Positions 36,261-43,964 of a stretch of 64,000 nucleotides of DNA are shown in pieces; position 1 is the first letter of the stretch, and each line of letters begins with the position of its first letter. The stretch is from an uncultured Actinomycetota bacterium. Its GTDB lineage: Bacteria; Actinomycetota; Thermoleophilia; RBG-16-64-13. A model generated the notes under the pieces. That model searched no databases. It had not been told where the DNA came from and was given only the letters and a program-made list of their open reading frames with translations. The position numbers and the translations under genes were made by a program. Location: the NCBI GenBank assembly GCA_963701105.1, contig OY969565.1:102396-166395 (forward strand), written 5' to 3'.

Positions 36261-36995
36261 CTAAGCCCGTCCCCGGCGGCCGTGGGGGCAGACCGCCACG
36301 CAGACGCCGCAGATCTCGGTGCCGCTTTCCTGCTTGGCCTCTTCTCGGTAGCGCCTGCAGGCCGCGACGTCCATACGCGACTCGATAGGTTCCGTCGGAT
36401 CGAACGGGCGACCGGTAAAGGCTCGAGCCGGACAGGCGTCCACGCAGAGCGTGCAGGCCCCGCAGTCGCGCGCAAGAGGGGCTCCCGCCTCGAGTGGGGC
36501 GTCCGTGAGCACCGTCACCAGCCGCACTCGGGGGCCGGCCTCCGGGGTCACGAGCAGGCAGCTCCTCCCGATCCAGCCGAGCCCGGCCCTGCCGGCAACC
36601 AGCTTGTGTGAGAGGGGGCCTCGATAACCGGCCGCGTCGATAGCGAGTGAGGTGGGGATGGACATGGCGGCGTGACCTGCCTCCTGCAGAGCTGCCGCCA
36701 CCAGGGTCGCCGCCTGGTCGAGCAGCCCGTTGACGATCTTGTAGATGTGGAAGCCGTAAGTCTTGGCCACCAGGGGCGCTCTGTGTTCCTCGGGGAGGCG
36801 GTCCACCACCGTGTCCTGGAGGCGGAAGACGATGGATACGGCGCGTGGGAAGGCGGCCAGCTCCTCGTCTCCCTGGGCGCGCACCGCGGCCGAGACGGCA
36901 TCGTCTTCGAGCGAGGCTATCCCCACGCGGTGCGCGCCTAGTTGCACAGCGATGCGCGTCACGCGCGCGGTGAGATCGTGTGGGTCCGGTGTCAC
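36261..36995 (-). CDS. 4Fe-4S dicluster protein, QueG/reductive-dehalogenase-related fold
   Basis: 244 aa. LGWIGRSCLLVTPEAGPRVRL, CGACTLCVDACP and CGVCVAVCP motifs. Confidence 0.65.
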   Translation of the reverse strand: MTPDPHDLTARVTRIAVQLGAHRVGIASLEDDAVSAAVRAQGDEELAAFPRAVSIVFRLQDTVVDRLPEEHRAPLVAKTYGFHIYKIVNGLLDQAATLVAAALQEAGHAAMSIPTSLAIDAAGYRGPLSHKLVAGRAGLGWIGRSCLLVTPEAGPRVRLVTVLTDAPLEAGAPLARDCGACTLCVDACPARAFTGRPFDPTEPIESRMDVAACRRYREEAKQESGTEICGVCVAVCPHGRRGRA

Positions 36996-37053
36996 GATCC
37001 CCCTCCGACGATTCCCCCTCCGACAGTGCCCCCTCCGACGACGAGCACGATCA

Positions 37054-37632
37054 TCAGGTCTCGACTCCGGTCCCGAACGACTTCCACATGCGCGATTCCG
37101 TGGGCCCTTCTTGTCCTTGGTACTTGCTCTCCATGGCCTCGCAACCGTACGGTCGCGCGGCCGGCGAGGAGAGGCGCGCGAACGAGAGCTGGCCGATGGG
37201 CATGCCCGGGTAGATGCGGATGGGAAGGTTGGCCACGTTGGAGAGTTCCAGCGTGATGTGGCCGGAGAAGCCCGGGTCTATCCACCCGGCGGTGGCATGG
37301 CACATGAGGCCCAGGCGGCCGAGCGAACTCTTCCCTTCCAACCTGGCGACGTAGGCCGACCCCAAGGTGACCCGCTCGACCGTGGATCCCAGCACGAACT
37401 CGCCGGGATGGAGCACGAACGAGCCGGTGTCGGATATCTGCACGAGCTCGGTGAGATCGTCCTGGCGCTCCCGCGGGTCGATGCAGGTATAGAGGTGGTT
37501 AGAGAAGATCCTGAAGCGGGCATCTACTCGGATATCGATGCTCGCAGGCTGAAGCATGCTCTGCTCGAAGGGTTCGAGGGAGATGTCTCCGGCCTCGAGT
37601 GCGGCTAAGATGTCCGAGTCCGAGAGGATCAG
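37054..37632 (-). CDS. dcd: dCTP deaminase
   Basis: (L)[20 protein letters not shown]...ASIDIRVD...[17 protein letters not shown]. No ATG/GTG/TTG at the conserved N-terminus. CTG at 37632 follows GGAAGG, so the start is uncertain. Confidence 0.8.
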   Translation of the reverse strand: MILSDSDILAALEAGDISLEPFEQSMLQPASIDIRVDARFRIFSNHLYTCIDPRERQDDLTELVQISDTGSFVLHPGEFVLGSTVERVTLGSAYVARLEGKSSLGRLGLMCHATAGWIDPGFSGHITLELSNVANLPIRIYPGMPIGQLSFARLSSPAARPYGCEAMESKYQGQEGPTESRMWKSFGTGVET

Positions 37633-37819
37633 GAGCTTCTGCCTTCCATCGCTGTCTGGTAGCCTGCATGGTGTGGCGGGTGGCAGCGAGCGGCGGTGAC
37701 GCGGAACTGAACCGCCGCTGACGGCCCCGTCGCTGACGATTCTATCGTGGCGGCCGTGCAGGGGCCAGACGGTTGGGTGCGGGTTCTCGAGAGAACCGCC
37801 TTGGCGAGGCCTCAGACGA

Positions 37820-38023
37820 ATGGAGAACGCGGTGACGAACACCCTTAAGACGTGTATAGAGTGCGGCAAGCCCATGGTGGATCGGGTCGAGGAAGAGGAG
37901 CGCACTGGGACCGGTGGCAGTCTGTCGACGGGAGAGTGTGACACGTACCGCATCTGGTCCTGCCAGAACAAGGACTGCGTGTTCTACGGGAGCGATATGT
38001 ACCGGGAGCAGATAGCACAGTAG
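37820..38023 (+). CDS. small zinc-ribbon-like protein, unknown function
   Basis: 67 aa. CIECG...C...CQNKDC. GC-rich third codon positions support coding. No homology established. Confidence 0.35.
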   Translation: MENAVTNTLKTCIECGKPMVDRVEEEERTGTGGSLSTGECDTYRIWSCQNKDCVFYGSDMYREQIAQ

Positions 38024-38115
38024 AATCGAGCAGCTGAAGTGACAGCCCAGCCGGGCGCCGGGTCCGGTGGCGCCGGAGTCGGTCGCGACGGTCCCATTTA
38101 CAGGAGGTCCATAAG

Positions 38116-38352
38116 ATGGTCGAGATACACTATTGCGAGAACTGCGACGAGCACGCTGCTGAAGTCGTGCTCAGCGGACCAGGGGGAGAGTCAACCTACC
38201 TCTGCACGTCCCCGGAATGCATGATGGCCGCCGGTATCTGTCCGAGCTGTCAGATAGATCTGGAAGTGCACGATTCTGAGACGGGAGAGAAACTCTACTC
38301 CTGTCCACAGTGTGACTATGAACGCACCTACGAGGAGATCGGGCAGCCGTAG
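38116..38352 (+). CDS. small Cys-rich protein (two CxxC pairs), unknown function
   Basis: 78 aa. AGGAGG 8 nt upstream. YCENC...CTSPEC...CPSCQ...CPQC. Confidence 0.4.
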   Translation: MVEIHYCENCDEHAAEVVLSGPGGESTYLCTSPECMMAAGICPSCQIDLEVHDSETGEKLYSCPQCDYERTYEEIGQP

Positions 38353-38369
38353 CGGGAAAGGAGTTATCG

Positions 38370-38558
38370 ATGGCCGGCAAGAGGTTGTACAGGTCACGCA
38401 CTGAGAAGATGCTGGGCGGCGTATGCGGCGGGCTGGCGGACTACCTGGATATCGACGTCACCATCATACGAGTGCTCTGGGTGCTCGCGAGTATCCTGGG
38501 CGGCAGTGGCGCCCTTGCCTACCTCGTCCTGTGGATCGTCATACCGCGGGAGCCGTGA
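38370..38558 (+). CDS. PspC domain-containing membrane protein
   Basis: 62 aa. LYRSRTEKMLGGVCGGLADYLDIDVTIIRVLWVL is the PspC domain signature. Confidence 0.8.
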   Translation: MAGKRLYRSRTEKMLGGVCGGLADYLDIDVTIIRVLWVLASILGGSGALAYLVLWIVIPREP

Positions 38559-39090
38559 CGGCGGCAAGCGGTTGCTGCACCTGCACGTGCATGAGTCCCG
38601 CGGCCAATGTGCCGGGCTCGGCGAGGTAGATCTCGCGGGGCGGACCCTGCGGTTCATAGCCGGCCAGCTCGATCCACGATCGCAGACGTTCGTAGACTTC
38701 GGGAGAATCCGCGCTCGGACCCTCGTATTCCACGACGGCGGCGGGCACTGCTGAGAACTCCACCAGCGAGATGAGGTCGCCTGACGCTGGGGCCCGCGCC
38801 GCCGCCTCGGTGGGGGCTAGTGCATCCGTCGACCCGAGCGCCCGCTGCGCGTCCGCGAGTGCCGCAGGGTCGAGGGGGTAGCAGATGCTGTAGCGGGTCT
38901 CGGCGGAGGGCACGGAGGCGGGGTCGTCGTAGAAGAGCCCCAGAGCCGCTCCGCTCGGCTCCAGACCGGCGTCGGCCAGCCAGGTACGTATCCGTGTGAA
39001 GGCCGGGGACAGCTTCCAGTAGGGGCCTCGAGTGGTGAGACCCACGGCGGTGAAGGCGTCTATGTCTTTTCTCTCGATGGCGCCGATCAT
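38539..39090 (-). CDS. GyrI-like small-molecule-binding domain protein
   Basis: 183 aa. Duplicated beta-alpha-beta-beta pattern (FTAVGLTTRGPYW...LGLFYDDP... / AAVVEYEGP...REIYL), as in GyrI/SbmC-like effector-binding domains. Confidence 0.65.
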   Translation of the reverse strand: MIGAIERKDIDAFTAVGLTTRGPYWKLSPAFTRIRTWLADAGLEPSGAALGLFYDDPASVPSAETRYSICYPLDPAALADAQRALGSTDALAPTEAAARAPASGDLISLVEFSAVPAAVVEYEGPSADSPEVYERLRSWIELAGYEPQGPPREIYLAEPGTLAAGLMHVQVQQPLAAVTAPAV

Positions 39091-39265
39091 GTCCCCGTGA
39101 ATCTAGTGCCGCTGGGTATGTGTGTCAAGCAGGAGTGGCAGCCCGCGAGTGAGCATCGGTGGCGCGCTGAGGCGGCCGCCTTGACGGCCCGACTCTACGC
39201 CCGGCTCGACGTCCCGTCTTGACGCCCCGCCTTGGCGGCCCGCCCGCTTGTCTGGTAGCTTTGTC

Positions 39266-39289
39266 CACCGGCTCATGTGGGAGCCGGTG
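39266..39289 (+). promoter_or_regulatory. strong hairpin in the selD 5' region
   Basis: CACCGGCTC-ATGTGG-GAGCCGGTG, a 9-bp perfect stem ending 32 nt before ATG 39322. Function unknown. Confidence 0.3.
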
Positions 39290-39321
39290 CCCTGTGTCCG
39301 CATCTCGAGGAAGGAGGGTCG

Positions 39322-40389
39322 ATGCCGCAGAAGCCACCACGGTTGACTACGCTTTCGCACGGTTCCGGCTGAGCGTGCAAGATCGGCCCCAAGGACTTGG
39401 GGCGAATCATAGCCCAGCTGCCCCCGGCTGATGACCCTGCGCTACTGGTGGGCACCAACACGGCGGACGATGCCGCGGTCTACCGTCTTAGCGACGAATT
39501 GGCCCTGGTGCAGACCGTGGACTTCTTCACCCCGGTGGTGGACGACCCATACGACTTCGGGCGTATTGCCGCGGTGAACGCACTCTCGGACATATACGCG
39601 ATGGGCGCCACGCCCCTCATAGCCCTGAACATCGTCGCGTTTCCGGTGGACATCCTGCCCCTCGACCACCTGGCGCAGATCCTGCGGGGCGGAGCAGACG
39701 TGGCTCGAGATGCGGGCATGACCATCGTGGGGGGGCACACCATCGACGACCGCGAACCCAAGTATGGGCTCGCGGTCACAGGGACGGTGCACCCCTCGGC
39801 TTACGTCACGAACGCGACGGCGAAACCCGGCAACGTGTTGGTCCTGACCAAACCCTTGGGCACGGGCATCGTGGCCACCGCCATCAAACGAGGAGTGGCC
39901 GACCCCGAGGTCGTGGCGGCGGCCACGCGTTCCATGACCGAGTTGAATCGCGACGCGGCCGCGGCCGCCCTGACGGCGGCCGCGGATTCCATGACCGACG
40001 TCACCGGCTTCGGCCTGCTGGGGCACCTTCTGGAGATGTGCGACGGCAGCGCTTTGACCGCCGAGTTGTGGTTCGAGGCCCTGCCTTGGCTCCCCGGAGC
40101 CGTGGACTTGGCCATAAGCGGGGCCGTGCCCGGTGGCACCCGGAGGAATCTGGACTACGTCTCCCCCCGCGTCGAGTGGGGCGACGGCTTCCAGGAGCAC
40201 GAGAAGCTCCTTGCCGCCGATGCGCAGACCTCCGGGGGAATGCTCATAGCAGTGCCGGAGGAGCGGCTGGACTCGCTCCTCGCCGACCTGAAAGCGCGAG
40301 GGACGTCGGCGTGCGCGGTCGTGGGTCGCATGCGCGAGAGGATCGACCCCGCGATCGTGGTGCGTCGCTCCTCCGGCGGGGGAGAATGA
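39322..40389 (+). CDS. selD: selenide, water dikinase (selenophosphate synthetase), selenocysteine-containing form (TGA 39370-39372 = U17)
   Basis: The track starts at TTG 39397, but the frame is open upstream apart from one TGA. ATG 39322 after AAGGAGGG gives MPQKPPRLTTLSHGSG-U-ACKIGPKDLGRII..., which aligns with E. coli SelD RLTQYSHGAGC17GC19K20. Hairpin 13 nt after the UGA. Confidence 0.9.
39386..39403 (+). promoter_or_regulatory. candidate SECIS hairpin for selD
   Basis: GCCCCAA-GGAC-TTGGGGC, a 7-bp perfect stem with 4-nt loop, starting 13 nt after UGA. Confidence 0.5.
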
Positions 40390-41927
40390 AACCGGCCCCT
40401 GGGGCCCCTGTCGATCCCCGGTCCCTCGTGCCGGATGCATCCACTCGAAGATTGGCCAAGTGGTGGGTACTCGCCACCGTGATGGTGGGCACGTTCATGG
40501 GGCCGCTCGACAGCAGCGTGGTCAACATCGCGCTGCCTACGCTCACCCGCCATTTCGGTGTGCCGATCACCTCGGTGGAGTGGGTAGTGTTGGCCTACCT
40601 GCTCACTATCAGCACCCTGCTCCTCACCTTCGGCCGCTTGGGCGACATCATCGGCCTCAAGCCCCTCTACCTCACCGGATTCGCCATCTTCGTGGTGGGG
40701 TCGGCCACCTGCGCTCTCGCGTGGGACATCTGGGCGTTGGTGGCCTCTCGCGCAGTCCAGGGCATCGGGGCGGGCATGCTCTTCGCCGTGGGCCCGGCGA
40801 TCATCACCCAGACCTTCCCGCCCACGGAGAGGGGAAAGGCTCTCGGATTGGTGGGAATATCCGTGTCGGCAGGGCTGGCCGTGGGCCCCACCCTCGGCGG
40901 CCTCTTGATCGCGGCCGGCGGGTGGCGGCTGGTGTTCCTCATCAACCTTCCTATCGGTATCGCGGCCTTCTCGCTTGCTCTGCGGGTGCTCGATCTAGAG
41001 AAGCCGCGCGCCCAGCGCTTCGATCCCTACGGAGCCGTACTCTCGTTCCTCGCCTTGTTCCCGCTGCTACTCGCGCTTTCTGAGGGTGACAGCTGGGGTT
41101 GGGGGTCACCGTTGGTCCTCGGCCTTCTCGGGGCCGCGCTGGCAGGCGCGGTTCTCTTCGTCGTCGCTGAGACGAACGTCGCGCAGCCGGTCCTGGACCT
41201 CACCCTGTTCCGCAACCGTCTCTTCAGCGCGGCGACGTCGAGCGCACTCGCGAGTTACGTGGTCGTGGCGTCGGTCATCTTCCTCATGCCCTTCTACTTC
41301 ACCGAGACGAGGGGCTTCACGGTGGCTCACGCCGGACTGTTGCTTACGCCCATCCCGGCTGCCATGGCGCTGTTGGGGCCCGTATCCGGGGCTGTGTCCG
41401 ATCGCATAGGTTCGCGTCTGCTGAGCACTACTGGGCTGCTCGTGAGCGCGGGCGGACTGGTGGCACTCACGCGCCTGAGCGTGGACACCGGCGTGATGGG
41501 CATTCTTCTGCGGTTGTTGACGGTGGGCGTGGGCATGGCCCTCTTCCAATCCCCGAACTCCAGCGCCTTGATGGGTTCCGTGCCTCGCCACCGGCTGGGC
41601 ATAGCCTCGGGGATGGTGGCCATGGCCCGCAACGTGGGGATGGTGCTCGGCGTGTCGCTGGCCGCCGTAGTGCTCGCCGTTCGGGAGCCCGGCTACCTGC
41701 AGCAGCCGTCGATCGCCGCCCTGGGACCCGAACAGGCCGCGAGGCAGGCCTTCCTGAGCGCCGCCCACGACGTCTTCTGGATAGCAGTGATCATTTGCCT
41801 TCTGGGAGCCGTGGCCTCTCTAGTGCGAGGGCCCACTGTAGGGGCGCAGGGGCCGGGAGCCGCGCCACCTCCGGATCCGGCGAGGGCCGTCCGGGCGGGG
41901 TCCACCACCGAGGTGAGCCGCGATTGA
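40386..41927 (+). CDS. MFS transporter, DHA2 (EmrB/QacA, 14-TMS) type
   Basis: ATG 40386 overlaps the selD stop (ATGA). WWVLATVMVGTFMGPLDSSVVNIALPTL is the DHA2 N-terminal signature. About 14 helices. Confidence 0.85.
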   Translation: MKPAPGAPVDPRSLVPDASTRRLAKWWVLATVMVGTFMGPLDSSVVNIALPTLTRHFGVPITSVEWVVLAYLLTISTLLLTFGRLGDIIGLKPLYLTGFAIFVVGSATCALAWDIWALVASRAVQGIGAGMLFAVGPAIITQTFPPTERGKALGLVGISVSAGLAVGPTLGGLLIAAGGWRLVFLINLPIGIAAFSLALRVLDLEKPRAQRFDPYGAVLSFLALFPLLLALSEGDSWGWGSPLVLGLLGAALAGAVLFVVAETNVAQPVLDLTLFRNRLFSAATSSALASYVVVASVIFLMPFYFTETRGFTVAHAGLLLTPIPAAMALLGPVSGAVSDRIGSRLLSTTGLLVSAGGLVALTRLSVDTGVMGILLRLLTVGVGMALFQSPNSSALMGSVPRHRLGIASGMVAMARNVGMVLGVSLAAVVLAVREPGYLQQPSIAALGPEQAARQAFLSAAHDVFWIAVIICLLGAVASLVRGPTVGAQGPGAAPPPDPARAVRAGSTTEVSRD

Positions 41928-41930
41928 GCT

Positions 41931-42335
41931 TCAGAGAAGGAGCGAGAGAGCGACTTTGGTGCCGCCGCGTGCGGTCTTCGAGATGCACACCTCGTCCATG
42001 AGCGCCACCATGAGGGGGAGGCCGAGCCCCCGATTGTCCCGGCCGGAGCGGAGCTGAGCGGCCGGTACGCGGAAGTCACCGCTGTCACTGACCTCAAAGA
42101 CGATCCGGTCGGAGTATATGAACGCGCAGACCTCGAGAGGTTCGTGGTCACCGCCGGAGTGCTCGACCGCGTTGGCGCAGGCTTCGGAGACCGCCACCTT
42201 GAGGTCGAAGATCTTCTCATCGCCGAGGACCGCCTCCGCCGCCGTCTCCTCGACGAAGCGTCGAATCTCTGCGAGTCGGACCGGGTCGGGCGCTACGGAG
42301 ATCATGCGGCAGCGCGAAGTGTGACTCATATTCAA
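41931..42335 (-). CDS. anti-sigma regulatory factor (RsbW/SpoIIAB-like Ser/Thr kinase, HATPase_c_2)
   Basis: 134 aa. KVAVSEACANAVEH...NRGLGLPLM. Overlaps the STAS gene stop. Confidence 0.75.
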   Translation of the reverse strand: MNMSHTSRCRMISVAPDPVRLAEIRRFVEETAAEAVLGDEKIFDLKVAVSEACANAVEHSGGDHEPLEVCAFIYSDRIVFEVSDSGDFRVPAAQLRSGRDNRGLGLPLMVALMDEVCISKTARGGTKVALSLLL

Positions 42336-42706
42336 CGTTCCGTCTGCTTCTGGACAGCAGCTGCAGCTGCTTCTCTGTCGTCGAACAGCCGGAAACCCTG
42401 ATCCACCTGGAGCCCCACTATCTCGAAGAGTCTGCGCACGTTCGCATTCGGGTTGACGGCCGCCAGCCAGCCTTCGTCACGCAGCCGACGGACGGTGGAT
42501 AGCAGTACCGAGATTCCTCCGGAGTCGATGTAGGTGACGTCGCTGAGGTCAAGTAGGATCGTCTTCGCCCCCTCGTCGAGGATGGGATCCAGTTCTGCCT
42601 GGAGGGTCCCCGAACTCCCGTGGTCGATCTCTCCGCTCACAATGACCAACGGCAGGCCGTCCAGACTCTCGGTCGAAACCAGCATCTCACTCCTTCTGTA
42701 GCCCAC
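42332..42706 (-). CDS. STAS domain anti-sigma-factor antagonist
   Basis: 124 aa. ILLDLSDVTYIDSGGISVLL carries the phosphorylatable Ser motif. Confidence 0.85.
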   Translation of the reverse strand: MGYRRSEMLVSTESLDGLPLVIVSGEIDHGSSGTLQAELDPILDEGAKTILLDLSDVTYIDSGGISVLLSTVRRLRDEGWLAAVNPNANVRRLFEIVGLQVDQGFRLFDDREAAAAAVQKQTER

Positions 42707-42800
42707 TCCCCCGCAACGACCCGCTTGGGCCGCGTCATTCGGACTGTCTATTTCCCGGACGGTGTGAGTCCAAACTCGACACCATCGGTACGTAAGATAT

Positions 42801-43964
42801 TCAATCTGTAAGGTGTTGCACGGTGGTCAGGGCGTAGCCCTCGTTCAGCAGCCAATCGATGACCGTGGGTAGAGCTGCGACCGTTTGCGATCTGTCGCCC
42901 CCACCATCGTGCATCAGTATCACGGCTCCGGGGCGGACCGCCGCCTGCACGCGCGACACGATGGAGGATGCCTCGCGGATCTTCCAATCGAGCGTGTCCA
43001 CATCCCACAGCACCAATCGTTGCCCGAGCGCGCTCGCCTGTTCCGCGACGGTCGTGTTATAGGCGCCGTAGGGGGGCCGCAGGAAGCGGGTGCCGCCAAG
43101 CGTCTGCTCGGCACGGGAGATCTCGGACTTGATGGCCTCTGGGCTGAGCTTGGTGAGGTCGGCGTGGCTCCACGAATGGTTCTCGACCTCGTGCCCGGCA
43201 TTGCGGGCGGTGCCGATCATCCCGGGCCGGCCGGCGGCGACGTTGCCCACCCAGAAGAAGGTGGCGGAGACGCCCTTCTCGGCCAGCACCGCCAAGATCT
43301 GGGGAGTGTAGGTGCTGGGGCCGTCGTCGAAGGTCAAAGCGACTGTTTTTTGGCCGGCCGTCACCCCGGGACTGCGCCGCAACACCGCGTCCACGGGTTG
43401 GCGGGTGACGAACTCCGCCACCTTGCGATTCGTCGTGTCTCCCACGAACGTCTCGCGCTCGCCGTCGGAGCCCTTCTGTACCAAGGCAACCACGACCCCG
43501 CTGCCTTCCGAGCGCGACTCGTGGGGGATGGCGGCGGTCTCTCTGACTAAGCGTTCGAAGCGGTCGCCTCCGCGCCGGGTGGTTATCACCGACCCGTCGA
43601 GGAGGGCCAGATCGAGCGGGGCCACCGATGAATCCACCTCGACCGTACCCGGGCCGCCCCCGCCGAGAACGATCACGTCGCCGGCCACGTCGAGCTTCGC
43701 GCCTTGCGCCGGGGCGACGTGGCGCGCCTCGGCCACCTGTGCCACCGTCGTCCCCGGGCCCACCATCACGGGCGTGCCGTCGACGAGCAAGAATCGGGCC
43801 GAGCCCAGGCCCGGCGCCGGCCACGCGACGGTCAGGATCAGGGCCAGCACGATGGCGGTGATCAGCACTCTGAGGCCGGCGCGCCACCAGGCGCCCGACC
43901 TCGGCGCCCGGCGGCGCCGCGCGTCTTCGCCGGCGGCGCGGCGGTATGCCGGGTCCGTGGTCAC
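42801..43964 (-). CDS. membrane-anchored polysaccharide deacetylase (NodB homology domain) with N-terminal DUF348-like region
   Basis: 387 aa. TM anchor, VALTFDDGPSTYTPQIL, HEVENHSWSH and ILMHDGGGDR. GTG 43964 overlaps the nuoI-fusion stop (GTGA). Confidence 0.85.
   Translation of the reverse strand: MTTDPAYRRAAGEDARRRRAPRSGAWWRAGLRVLITAIVLALILTVAWPAPGLGSARFLLVDGTPVMVGPGTTVAQVAEARHVAPAQGAKLDVAGDVIVLGGGGPGTVEVDSSVAPLDLALLDGSVITTRRGGDRFERLVRETAAIPHESRSEGSGVVVALVQKGSDGERETFVGDTTNRKVAEFVTRQPVDAVLRRSPGVTAGQKTVALTFDDGPSTYTPQILAVLAEKGVSATFFWVGNVAAGRPGMIGTARNAGHEVENHSWSHADLTKLSPEAIKSEISRAEQTLGGTRFLRPPYGAYNTTVAEQASALGQRLVLWDVDTLDWKIREASSIVSRVQAAVRPGAVILMHDGGGDRSQTVAALPTVIDWLLNEGYALTTVQHLTD

Noticed and set aside
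39091-39321. Possible tRNA-Sec (selC), or selA/selB, near selD
   Set aside because: No cloverleaf-like sequence with a TCA anticodon loop (CTTCAAA-type) in this or other intergenic regions. No SelA or SelB-like ORFs in the window.
39397-40389. TTG 39397 as the selD start (track ORF)
   Set aside because: It would delete the conserved catalytic N-terminus. The upstream frame with ATG 39322, a strong RBS and a single TGA aligned to catalytic Cys17 is far more consistent.
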